Shown: positions 1 through 12,993, counted from the first letter of the stretch. The stretch is 64,000 bases of DNA from Eledone cirrhosa (GCA_964016885.1 CAXHJY010001254.1:1-64000), one strand, 5' to 3'. A program made the numbers and translations. Notes: generated by a model not told the origin, from the sequence alone.

Positions 1-120
1 GATCTGTTGAATATGCATGCCAATTCTAACACATATATTTCCTAGAAACGATCGTTAAATAATGAACTTTTTTTGTTTAATATAAGGAACTGTTTCATTG
101 TTTTATTCATTATTTTTTTA

Positions 121-193
<73 letters not shown>

Positions 194-233
194 CGATATT
201 AATAAATGGAAACTATATTTATAAAACCATATT

Positions 234-298
234 TATTTCATTATACATATTTCAGGGATACCACATAAAATTATGGTATACCTTCATCAGACAAAATA
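234..298 (-). ncRNA. Type I hammerhead ribozyme (minimal stem III)
   Basis: Reverse complement of the 2481-2545 motif. Confidence 0.75.
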
Positions 299-1845
299 CA
301 ATATATAACAGTTTTACAAATAGGTTTGACGTACACTTTAAAATACAACCATTACTTTTGGAGGTTGTCTGGATAGTGATTTGTTTATATAATAAGTCAT
401 AGTGTTAAGCACAATTAGAGAAAGACAGAGAGAAAGAAAGAGAAAAGAACAAAGACAGAGAGAGAGAAAGAAAACCTGGAGAAATATCGGAGAGAGAGAG
501 AGAAATGTATGGAGAAAAGAAAGAGATAGATAAAGATAGGAGGAAATAAAAAAGAAAGAAAAGGAAGGAATAAGAAAAATAAAGGAAGCCAACAGAGAGA
601 TATCAAGTCATCATACAGACAGAGAAACTCAAGAGAGAGAAATACTATATAGAGAGAGGGGGATAGTGACAACTTTACGTCATGTCATATTAAGTTAAGT
701 TAACAATTTATATGAAATGAATAATAAAAATATGAATATAAGTATCAATATTCATGAATGGGACATAGATATATAATATGAGAAATTAAACATTGTTCAA
801 TAATGACCATATGTTTAGTTTAGAAACTTGAGATCAATATACCAAAATCTGAGTTCAAAATGTACCCTTGGTATAGATATTAGTATTTTATGAAAAGACA
901 TACAAATATATATGTATATATTCATACATATAGATACGCACGTCCTGAAAATAGAAATTATGTTTACTCAAGCCAACAATATAGCCATACAAAACGTAAA
1001 TGATTTCTCTTAATCACTGCTATACACTCATTGTGTTATAAAAATTTCACAGTATATTTATACAAATATATACGATTAACAATCATGTCCTCATATATAC
1101 GATTACCATTCATGTGTTTAATATTATGCACATCTGCAACATACCTCTCAATCACATAGATATATACACACACATATATACACATACATATGTATAAATA
1201 AATATTTGCGTACGTCCTTATGCATCACTCATGTATATATACAGACACATATACAAACACAAAAAATCTATAACACTTTCTATGCATGTTAATACACACA
1301 TATGCATTTGTATAGATATAATCCAATATCAATAAATTACCAAAGGATTATAATTTGCAAATATAACCATAACAATACAAATTTAAAATATCAAGGAATA
1401 TATTTTGGAAATGCAACTATATAGTCAAAAGAAATCTAGAAATATCAAAGCATTAAATATCTTTAAAACACTATAGAGTACCTTAAGTTAAAATAATATG
1501 TTTTATATATTTAGTATAGAAATTTATCCTACGTATATCTCAATCAAGATATTGAGAGGGTAGACTTGTGAAAGTTATGAGAAGCTATCATAATCAAAAC
1601 AAATAAAAATAATTTAAAAGATTTAAAAAATTAAAAAAACCCAATGATTCTACAGATAACCTTAAATTTAATATAGAAATTTACCTTACGTATATTTTAT
1701 TTAATACATTGGAAGTATAGACATTTTAGAGTAGTTTATTATATCCATGTTTATATTTAGGAAGAAAGTTTAAAAAGAAAAAGGTGAAGGAATCTAATGG
1801 ATTATCGACAGGTTCTATATATTAACTAAAATTACTTAATTATAC

Positions 1846-2219
1846 TACATTTTAAATTTATATTTATATTTAAACGTTGAGTTCAATCTATGTCTGCAGC
1901 AACTGAATAAATTGTTCCTCAGATTAAGGGAATTTTTGGACTTTAATATAAAGAATATTTCTTCAATACAAAGATCACAATTTTCTGAAGAGGAATTAAA
2001 AGGAGTAGCTTATGAGATAATATTCCAATTTATCGAATATTTAATATTATCTCGTTTTAGGTCCCATAGTAGGCTAGATAGCGAAGTTGAAGATTTTTTG
2101 TTTGGATCTGTGAAAGAATTCTTATGATTATTGAAGCGAAATTTAAATTCTGTAGAGATGGAACCAACATAGTTAAATGAATTTAAATTAGTTTTAACAT
2201 TACAATTGTACACTACATT
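1846..2219 (-). pseudogene. GIY-YIG endonuclease C-terminal fragment of a Naiad-type PLE
   Basis: VVYNCNV..YVGSISTEFKFRFNNHKNSF..LSSLLWDLK..INWNII, then CDLCIEE..CCRH. Homologous to the C-termini at 16430-16906 and 51030-51480. Confidence 0.85.
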
Positions 2220-2480
2220 TTTATTTCCTCCTATCTTTATCTATCTCTTTCTTTTCTCCATACATTTCTCTCTCTCTCCGATATTTCTCCAGGTTTTCTT
2301 TCTCTTTTCTTTCTCTCTCTCTGTCTTTGTTCTTTTCTCTTTCTTTCTCTCCGTCTTTCTCTAATTGTGCTTAACACTATGACTTATTATATAAACAAAT
2401 CACTATCCAGACAGCCTCCAAAAGTAATGGTTGTATTTTAAAGGGTACGTCAAACCTATTTGTAAAACTGTTATATATTG

Positions 2481-2545
2481 TATTTTGTCTGATGAAGGCA
2501 TACCATAATTTAATGTGGTATCCCTGAAATATGTATAATGAAATA
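2481..2545 (+). ncRNA. Type I hammerhead ribozyme (minimal stem III)
   Basis: tattttgt-CTGATGA-aggcatacca..tggtatccct-GAAA-tatgta-TA-atgaaata. Stems I and II pair with G-U wobbles. Confidence 0.75.
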
Positions 2546-2673
2546 AATATGGTTTTATAAATATAGTTTCCATTTATTAATATCGTATATCTACTCCAAA
2601 AATTTGTCGAGTGCTTTATATCAGTTATAAAAATATTTACTTGTTGTATCCCAACAACTTTAAATAGAACTTT

Positions 2674-2746
<73 letters not shown>

Positions 2747-3142
2747 TATTTACTCTTGGTCCAGCAGAATTGAAATTTCCCGGTATAAGGTTAGAATTTC
2801 TTTGTTTATTTTTTATATATGAATATTGATTGTTCCTTATATCTCATTCTGTTATTTTGCCCGAGAAAATATCTGTGTGTCATCAAATATTGTACACACA
2901 TAGTTATTTTTTCAATTTCCAATTGAGTTCTGAGCACGTCGCCTGAATTCCTTTTAGAGTTCATTGTCATGCGCATGTATTGTTTTTTTTTTGGCGGTAA
3001 TTTACTTCCTCATTTTTGAATCAGTTTGAGCATTTCTTTAGAACTGCTGGACTGGCAACCTGACAGATACCTCAGGCACAGATGATGATTATCACTAAAT
3101 ACTGATGTTGGTTAGATTATCAATATTAATATTATTGGGGCA

Positions 3143-3269
3143 CCCACTGATGAATTATAGGAGCCCACTTGAATATATATCTATTGATGGTATACAAGCT
3201 CCTACATAAATTGGTATAATTTAACCCAAATTATAGGAATCCTATAATGAAACGAGACGTCCGTCTGGG
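3143..3269 (+). ncRNA. Type I hammerhead ribozyme with a large loop II, within a TA-flanked non-coding element (about 2740-3450)
   Basis: ccca-CTGATGA-attatagga..tcctataat-GAAAC-gagacgtcc-GTC-tggg. The palindrome gacgtc lies in loop III. Confidence 0.75.
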
Positions 3270-3444
3270 AAGAGATATATTCGATATGTCTCATATGAAA
3301 TAATACAGCCAATTTTCCACGCAATACTTTTAGTTAGCACCCCGAACGCATAATTGGGAATATAATAACTTATTTCCTAATGTTTGTTGAGTGAGTTGGA
3401 ATTTGGCCGGAGTATCGCTAAAAAGCTTTCTCCGATATTGTATT

Positions 3445-3530
<86 letters not shown>

Positions 3531-3648
3531 CATATATATATATATTATACATATATATATATTATACATATATATATATATATATATTATACATATATAT
3601 ATATATATTATACATATATATATATATAATATATATATATATTATATA

Positions 3649-3727
<79 letters not shown>

Positions 3728-3734
3728 TTATATA

Positions 3735-3795
<61 letters not shown>

Positions 3796-3884
3796 ATATT
3801 ATTCTATCTTTTCTTACATGAGACTGTTGCTGTCTCTGGTTGTCGTTCGCCTGATTAAGATCAGTGATCAATTATATATATATA

Positions 3885-3915
<31 letters not shown>

Positions 3916-3937
3916 ATGTATATATTGTATATATATA

Positions 3938-4019
<82 letters not shown>

Positions 4020-4072
4020 TATATATATATAATATATATATATATATAATATATATATATATAATATAGTAT

Positions 4073-4383
4073 AAAAGAGAAAACACAGGTAAGCATTAAG
4101 AGAAGAATTTTATCCAGGTATTTACGACCGTTTCATTGTTAAGTGCAACTTGCAGTATAGCAATATAAGGTTGCACTTACCAATGAAACGGTCGTAAATA
4201 CCTGGATAATATTCTTCTCTTAATGCTTACCTGTGTTTTCTCTTTTAAACTTTATACGCCAAGATTGAACGGAATTCTTACAAACTTGTGGAGTTAACCC
4301 TAACGGTACGTTGAAACCATCCATGAAACTGGCTTTCTTAACCAAGTACTGGATCACAATAAGCAATTTTTTGCTTCTCTAAC
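4073..4383. repeat. TA-flanked foldback of a PLE-like terminus; each arm carries only the 3' half of an HHR
   Basis: 4073-4149 is the reverse complement of 4170-4246. GAAAC-ggtc-GTA is present on each outward-facing strand. Confidence 0.7.
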
Positions 4384-5134
<751 letters not shown>

Positions 5135-5270
5135 TTTATTAAAATAACAGATTAAAGTTTAAGCAAAGAATCACTCTACGGTTCTTATATATTTGATATA
5201 TATTTATCCTTATCGAGCCCTCTTTGGATTTTAGTCTTCAAATTTATTATTATTACTATTATTATTAATA
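5135..5270. mobile_element. Short two-armed remnant of the Naiad-A pLTR end
   Basis: 5135-5172 is the reverse complement of about 17875-17912. 5174-5260 matches about 17920-18003. Confidence 0.8.
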
Positions 5271-5340
<70 letters not shown>

Positions 5341-5464
5341 ATATATTATATATATATATAATATATTATATATATATATATTATATTATATATATAATAT
5401 ATTATATATATATATATTATATATATATAAAATATATATAAAATATATATATAATATATATATA

Positions 5465-5498
<34 letters not shown>

Positions 5499-5526
5499 AT
5501 ATATATATATAATATATATATATATA

Positions 5527-5704
5527 ATTGTTTCTACTTTAGGCACAAGGCCAGCAATTACCCAGTGCATTACTGGTACTTTATTTTATCGACCCCGTAA
5601 GGATGAAAGGCAAAGTCAACCTCGGCGGGATTTGAACTCAGATCGTAAAGGGACGTAACTATGCTGGAAAGCATGGCGTCCGACCCTCTACCGATACTGC
5701 CAAT
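5527..5704 (-). mobile_element. tRNA-derived SINE (Octopus-type family 1)
   Basis: Minus-strand A box (tggcagtatcgg) and B box (gagttcaaatccc). Copies at 20127, 34662 and 43991. Confidence 0.85.
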
Positions 5705-5858
5705 TATATATAATATATATATAATATATAATATATATATATATATATATATAATATATATAAATGAAGTAATACCGTCGGAAAAGTCCAGGAAAAAAGA
5801 GTTCTCTATGTAGGTAACAGAGCTTAATAGTTATGTAATAAACAACATAAGGCAATTA

Positions 5859-5930
5859 TTTCATTTACCAGTGGTTTACCAGTGGTTTCTTAAAAGCCAC
5901 AACATTTTGCTTTCAATCATCAGAATGAAA
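5859..5930 (-). ncRNA. Type I hammerhead ribozyme (11-nt duplication at stem III)
   Basis: Reverse complement: tttcatt-CTGATGA-ttgaaagc..gcttttaa-GAAAC-cactg-GTA-(dup)-aatgaaa. Confidence 0.7.
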
Positions 5931-6038
5931 AAATCCTGGCGTATTTATTGACTTTGGATTTTAAAAACAAAAATGCAATCTATATGAGTGAGGCTGGAGA
6001 AGGAAGAAGGAAAGGAAAAATAAAATAAAAACACACAT

Positions 6039-6069
<31 letters not shown>

Positions 6070-6086
6070 ATTATATACATACATTC

Positions 6087-6535
6087 GCGAATTCAAAAGA
6101 ATCAATCACTGATTGACCTCGATGTCAAGTGATTGATTCTTTTGAATTCGCCACCGACTAAGTAGGCAGTGATTTTTTTAATGTCCTGGAATTTAGTCCT
6201 CGCTTGCTTTTTTCCATCCACTGAATTATTTTTGTATAAGTTCCCTGTGTCCACGCATTGCCTGGGAACTTAGCTGAGAACACATCTCCCTGATGACGAA
6301 AGGATATTTCTCCATGTTGTTCCAATCGGAAACCATGTTTATTCCCTTTCAGAAACAAATTAGTTGGAGTGAAATTTTAGTAAGTAAGTAAATTTTTATA
6401 ATTTTCTTAATTTACGTCTTTCATATAATTGTTCTGCATCCCCATGCATTGAACCACAAAGTTACTAACACAAAACCTATATATTTGCTAGCATAGGTAT
6501 GCATCTGTATATATATGTTAGTAGATATACTAATT

Positions 6536-6540
<5 letters not shown>
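6087..6540 (+). mobile_element. Diverged copy of the 523-nt HHR (retrozyme-like) family, with a short 5' foldback
   Basis: Colinear with 9098-9410 and 8835-9005. HHR at 6286-6369: ctcc-CTGATGA-cgaaagg..cctttca-GAAAC-aaatta-GTT-ggag. Confidence 0.75.
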
Positions 6541-6574
<34 letters not shown>

Positions 6575-7163
6575 TATATAAATTTATATATAATATAATA
6601 TATTATATATATATATATATAATATATTATATATATATATATATATAATATATTATATATATATATATATAATATATATATATATATATAATATATTATA
6701 TATATATATATATAAAATATATATATAATATATTATATATATATATAATATATATATATAATATATATATAATATATATATATAATATATATATAGTATA
6801 TATATATAATATATAGATATATATATAATATATATATAATATATGTATATAGTATATATATATAATATATATATATATATTATAATATATATATAATATA
6901 TATATATATTATATATATATAATATATATATATATAATATATATATAATATATATATATATAATATATATATAATATATATATATAATATATATATATAA
7001 TATATATATATATAGAGAGAGAGATTAGAAAGTGAGGTTTTTTTTACAAAATGAAAAATAACCGAGGTGTCCTACAAGAGTGAAAGTATAAAGAAAAAAA
7101 GATGAAATCGAAAATGCAACTGGAGTCTTATTTTAAAAAAACAAAATATATATTTATTGGTTT

Positions 7164-7200
7164 CCTTTACCGGTTTCGCAGTTCTTCTGCTTTTCAAAAG
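7164..7200 (-). ncRNA. Minimal hammerhead ribozyme, U3-A8 core variant
   Basis: Reverse complement: ctt-TTGAAAA-gcag-aagaa-ctgc-GAAAC-cg-GTA-aag. 7311-7348 is an inverted copy of 7088-7118. Confidence 0.65.
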
Positions 7201-7225
7201 TAGAGTTGAGATGGCGAGTCTGTGG

Positions 7226-7315
<90 letters not shown>

Positions 7316-7361
7316 TTGCATTTTCGATTTCATCTTTTTTTCTTTATATATATATATATAT

Positions 7362-7910
7362 ATGTTATACTTTGGGAGGGTCATGTTGCCAATAAGAAAC
7401 ACACGCACCAGTTGCTTTCACTTCAATTTATTATAATAAAATTATAAATTTAGGAATTTATAAATCTCTGGTTGGTTAGTTGATTCCACAACCAGATGGT
7501 TGTTTATATATTGTCAACGTTCTTTCGTCACACATTCTGTGACCTCTTCAGTGACTGGGGATTCTTTTCTTTGTTTTTTGTGCCTCTCCTTTGTTCTGTC
7601 CTACGCCATCTCTCCTTTGTTCTGTTCTATGCCACACACAAACAAGTTGGCGTAGGACAGAACAAAGTAGAGGCACAAAAAAACAAAGAAAAGAATCCCC
7701 AGTCACTGAAGAGGTCAAGAGAATGTGTGCCGAAAGAACTTTGACAATATATAAACGACCATCTGGTTGTGGAACCAACCAACCAACCAACCAACCAGAA
7801 ATTTATAAATTCCTAAATTTATAAATTTATATATTTATTATAATAAATTGAAGTGAAAGCAACTGGTGCGTGTGTTTCTTATTGGCAACATGACCGTCCC
7901 AAAGTATAAC
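7362..7910. repeat. Long palindrome made of LTR-like 3' ends (TGTTATAC...GTATAACA)
   Basis: 7362-7608 is the reverse complement of 7648-7910. A related terminus (atgaccctccccaagtataaca) occurs at 50800-50822. Confidence 0.75.
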
Positions 7911-7969
7911 AATATCGGTTTCAACACACGTTTACAGATAAAGAATCTTGCTAAACAAATTCAGAAACG

Positions 7970-8049
<80 letters not shown>

Positions 8050-8050
<1 letters not shown>

Positions 8051-8483
8051 CATTGCTGTAGTGGAGTCTGTGCTGCTGTGTGGGTCTGAGACTTGGACAC
8101 TGACCAAGAGACTCACTCAGATGGTGGATGGGTGCTACACGAGAATGCTGAGGATGGCTCTGAACATTAATCAGTATACACTGAGGATGAAAAACTCAGA
8201 GCTGTATGGGAGCATCCCAAAAGTCAGCTCAAAAGTGACACAGAGGAGACTGAGGTTGGCTGGACATGCTCACCGACATCCAGAGTTGACATTGCACTCA
8301 GTTCTCCTTTGGGAGCCCCTACATGGACACACTAGAAGTGGAAGACCAAGGTTAACATATGTTGATGCCCTAAGGACAGACACTGGTCTGTTGGAGATGC
8401 AGGATATGGCAGCGATAATGAGGGACAGAGACCGCTGGAGAGAACTGAACTCGTCCATGGATCTCGGGAATTTTACCCGCCTT

Positions 8484-8485
<2 letters not shown>
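8050..8485 (+). mobile_element. 5'-truncated RTE-clade LINE 3' end inserted in (TA)n
   Basis: VESVLLCGSETWTLT..RMLRMALNI..RRLRLAGH..LLWEP..GRPRLTYVD. Near-identical to 12100-12465. Confidence 0.85.
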
Positions 8486-8548
<63 letters not shown>

Positions 8549-8551
<3 letters not shown>

Positions 8552-9406
8552 AAGAATTCATATCTAGTAACATATATATACATACAGATGCATATCAATG
8601 CTAGCAAATATATAGGTTTTGTCTTAATAACAGTGTGGTTCAATGCATGGGGTTGCAGAACAATAATATAAGAGACGTAAAATAAGTTTCTAATAAGTTT
8701 CTAATAAGTTTCCAGTGTCCTCGCTTTGCCTGGAAACTTACATGAGAATAGACTTTCCTGACGACGGAATGCTTCTCTATATTATTCTTCGGAAAATATA
8801 TTTACTCCATTCCAGAAACTAATTAGTTGGAAGTGATATTTTAGTAAGTAAGTTAATTTTATAATTTTCTTATTTTACGTCTCTTATATTATTGTTCTGC
8901 AACCCCATGCATTGAACCACACTGTTATTAAGACAAAACCTATATATTTGCTAGCATTGATATGCATCTGTATGTATATATATGTTACTAGATATGAATT
9001 CTTTATTATTATCTCCAAATTATTTGTCGAGCAATATTGGCCATGACTGCTGCTACGGTTGTAGGCAGGCCGCTGTCTTATTAGCAAACCACTTTCCACT
9101 GATTGACCTCGATGTCACGTGTTCGATTCTTTTTGAATTTGCCACAGACGTAGAGGCAGTGATTTTCTCAATGGCTTGGAATTCAGTCCACGCTTCGCTA
9201 TTTCCTATCCACTGAATTATTTTTTAATAAGTTTCCAGTGTCCTCGCTTTGCCTGGAAACTTACATGAGAATAGACTTTCCTGACGACGGAATGCTTCTC
9301 TGTATTATTCTTCTGAAAATATATTTACTCCATTCAAGAGACTAATTAGTTGGAAGTGATATTTTAGTAAGTAAGTTAATTTTATAATTTTCTTAATTTT
9401 ACGTCT

Positions 9407-9410
<4 letters not shown>
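8549..9410 (+). mobile_element. Non-coding HHR element: about 1.35 head-to-tail 523-nt units (8703-9410) preceded by an inverted partial unit (8549-8690)
   Basis: aataagtttccagtg at 8703 and 9226; CTGACGA at 8758 and 9281 (period 523). TA flanks. Confidence 0.8.
8752..8834 (+). ncRNA. Type I hammerhead ribozyme (second copy 9275-9357 has GAAAC changed to GAGAC)
   Basis: actttc-CTGACGA-cggaatg..cattcca-GAAAC-taatta-GTT-ggaagt. Palindromic stem III AACTAATTAGTT. Confidence 0.8.
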
Positions 9411-9438
<28 letters not shown>

Positions 9439-9441
<3 letters not shown>

Positions 9442-10661
9442 AAACAAAATGAAAACGAAATTTCATTTCTCACTCAGTATGGCACTTACTTAAATGTAAG
9501 TATGCATGTATACGTACATACATATATGTATACAGACGTACAGTAGCACGCACATATATATATATATACATATATATATACATATGCATACAGGTACACA
9601 TACATATATGCACGTATCAGTTTAGCGGCGCTAACGTCGCTTTGTTCGTTTGTAAACAAACTGAACAGCCTGAATTTATGCCATACGGTGTTAAGGCAAC
9701 CACGTCACCTTTTTGTTCAACACTGACACAGGAACGATGTACTAGTTTCAAGCTTGTTAGCTATCATCAGCACCGTTTACCCATCTGCCAGATAGTTGAA
9801 CGTTCGAAAGTATATACTTTCCTTATGAAAATTAACGGCTGAGCAGCCTAATTTGCATATTGAGTGAGTTAAATCGGTCAGGCATACCGAAAACGATAAA
9901 TTGAAACAAAATGAAAACGAAATTTCATTTCTCACTCTTGAAACTAGTACATCGTTCCTGTGTCAGTGTTGAACAAAAAGGTGACGTGGTTGCCTTAACA
10001 CCGTATGGCATAAATTCAGGCTGTTCAGTTTGTTTACAAACGAACAAAGCGACGTTAGCGCCGCTAAACTGATACGTGCATATATGTATGTGTACCTGTA
10101 TGCATATGTATATATATATGTATATATATATATATATGTGCGTGCTACTGTACGTCTGTATACATATATGTATGTACGTATACATGCATACTTACATTTA
10201 AGTAAGTGCCATACTAAGAGTGAGAAATGAAATTTCGTTTTCATTTTGTTTCAATTTATCGTTTTCGGTATGCCTGACCGATTTAACTCACTCAATATGC
10301 AAATTAGGCTGCTCAGCCGTTAATTTTCATAAGGAAAGTATATACTTTCGAACGTTCAACTATCTGGCAGATGGGTAAACGGTGCTGATGATAGCTAACA
10401 AGCTTGAAACTAGTACATCGTTCCTGTGTCAGTGTTGAACAAAAAGGTGACGTGGTTGCCTTAACACCGTATGGCATAAATTCAGGCTGTTCAGTTTGTT
10501 TACAAACGAACAAAGCGACGTTAGCGCCGCTAAACTGATACGTGCATATATGTATGTGTACCTGTATGCATATGTATATATATATGTATATATATATATA
10601 TATGTGCGTGCTACTGTACGTCTGTATACATATATGTATGTACGTATACATGCATACTTAC

Positions 10662-10665
<4 letters not shown>
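9439..10665. mobile_element. Non-coding HHR element: about 1.1 units on the minus strand (9439-9939) joined to about 1.55 head-to-tail 466-nt units on the plus strand (9938-10665)
   Basis: ttgaaacaaaatgaaaacg at 9439 and 9901. gaaactagtacatcg at 9940 and 10406. The two arms are near-identical reverse complements. Confidence 0.85.
10381..10419 (+). ncRNA. Minimal type I hammerhead ribozyme (copies 9736-9774 minus, 11040-11080 minus; degenerate 36850-36888 minus and 37071-37108 plus)
   Basis: ggtg-CTGATGA-tagct-aaca-agctt-GAAAC-ta-GTA-catc. Stem I changes to cgttg/cagcg in the 11040 copy while still pairing. Confidence 0.85.
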
Positions 10666-10741
<76 letters not shown>

Positions 10742-10764
10742 TATATATATAATATATATATGTA

Positions 10765-11252
10765 CGGAAAAAATGAAACGAAATTTCATTTCTCACTCTT
10801 AGTACGGCTGTTACTTAAATATAAGTATGTATACGTACATACATATATGCATACAGACGTACAGTAGTATGCATATATATATATATATATATACATGCAC
10901 ACATATATATATATATGTACGTATGGATTCACCGATCATTTATTATAATGTTCGGTGTGTTTGTAAATAAACATCCCGAATTAAGCCGTACAGTGTCTAG
11001 CAACCATCGTTGCTCATTTGTTCAACACTGACAAGGGAACGCTGTACTAGTTTCAAGCTAATTAGCTATCGTCAGCAACGTATACCTTCCTGCCAGATGG
11101 TTGAACGTCTGAAAGTATATACTTTCCTTATGCATAATAACGGCTGAGCAGCCTAATTTGCATATCGAGTGAGTTAATCGGCCGGGGTACCGAAAACGAT
11201 AAACGGAAAAAATGAAACGAAATTTCATTTCTCTGTTTATCTGTTTATCGTT
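10765..11252 (-). mobile_element. Diverged subfamily of the 466-nt HHR element: one 439-nt unit plus terminal redundancy
   Basis: ggaaaaaatgaaacgaaatttcatttctc at 10766 and 11205. HHR at 11040-11080. Confidence 0.8.
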
Positions 11253-11419
11253 ATAATATATATAATATATATTTAATATACATAATATATATAATATATA
11301 TAATATATATAATATATATATATAATATATATATATAATATATATATATAATATATATATATATATATAATATATATATATATTATATATAATATATATA
11401 TATATAATATATATATATA

Positions 11420-11520
<101 letters not shown>

Positions 11521-11894
11521 ATAGATAAATATAATATATAATATATATATATAATATGTAAATATAATATATAATATATAATATATATATAATATATATA
11601 TAATATATATATATATATAATATATATATATATAATATATATAATATATATATATAATATATATATATAATATATATATATATAATATATATATATATAA
11701 TATATATATATAATATATATATATAATATATATAATATATATTTAATATATATAATAAATATAATATATAATATATATATATAATATGTAAATATAATAT
11801 ATAATATATAATATATATATAATATATATATATATAATATATATATATAATATATATATATATAATATATATATATAATATATATATATAATAT

Positions 11895-12465
11895 ACAGCA
11901 GCACAGACTCCACTATGAAGAAGCGGATTTTCAGGTCTCTACGAAGGTCCGACTTCCACACCGATCTCAAGCTGTGACACGCCGCCCAGGCCTTTCTCTT
12001 ACTCTTAACCACATCATCTTCCGTATTCCCAATCTTTGCTCCCAAATACAGGAAGTCCTCAACCAATTCCAGCGGCTTCCCGCCTACATTAGTGATCCCC
12101 TCAGATGGTGGATGGGTGCTACACGAGAATGCTGAGGATGGCTCTGAACATTAATCAGTATACACTGAGGATGAAAAACTCAGAGCTGTATGGGAGCATC
12201 CCAAAAGTCAGCTCAAAAGTGACACAGAGGAGACTGAGGTTGGCTGGACATGCTCAGCGACATCCAGAGTTGACATTGCACTCAGTGCTCCTTTGGGAGC
12301 CCCTACATGGACACACTAGAAGTGGAAGACCAAGGTTAACATATGTTGATGCCCTAAGGACAGACACTGGTCTGTTGGAGATGCAGGATATGGCAGCGAT
12401 AATGAGGGACAGAGACCGCTGGAGAGAACTCGTCCATGGATCTCGGGAATTTTACCCGCCTTAGA
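11895..12465. mobile_element. RTE-clade LINE 3' fragment with 5' inversion
   Basis: The minus strand of 11895-12099 encodes VEDFLYLGA..KAWAAC..VESVLL. The plus strand of 12100-12465 encodes the downstream C-terminus. Confidence 0.85.
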
Positions 12466-12733
12466 TAGATAGATATATAATATATATATATATATATAAT
12501 ATATATATATAATATATATATATATAATATATATATATATAATATATATATATAATATATATAATATATATAATATATATTTAATATATATAATATATAT
12601 AATATATATAATATATATATATAATATATATATATAATATATATATATATAATATATATATATATAATATATATAATATATATATATATAATATATATAT
12701 ACAATATATATAATATATATATATATAATATAT

Positions 12734-12767
<34 letters not shown>

Positions 12768-12993
12768 ATATATATAATATATATATATATAATATATATA
12801 TATAATATATATATATAATATATATTTCATTTATATATATATAATATATATATATATAATATATATATAATATATATATATAACATATGTATATATAATA
12901 TATATAATATATATATATATAATATATATAATATATATAATATATATATATTATATATATATAAAATATATAAGATATATATAATATATATAA

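Larger units (their letters stand above)
188..2678. mobile_element. Penelope-like (Naiad-type) 3' fragment on the minus strand (188-2219) plus an inverted partial pLTR/3'UTR copy (2220-2678), flanked by (TA)n
   Basis: About 190-550 is the reverse complement of about 2220-2590. The minus strand encodes a GIY-YIG C-terminus. There is one HHR in each arm. Confidence 0.85.

Noticed and set aside
3800-3872. Possible HHR start (cctgattaagatcagtgatc)
   Set aside because: The core is non-canonical and truncated before GAAA, so evidence is insufficient.
6158-6358. Possible PLE N-terminal ORF on the minus strand (also ORFs 9642-9842, 10313-10651 and 23403-23729)
   Set aside because: Frames are not conserved between diverged copies or have no recognisable motifs. 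The conserved feature is the HHR structure.
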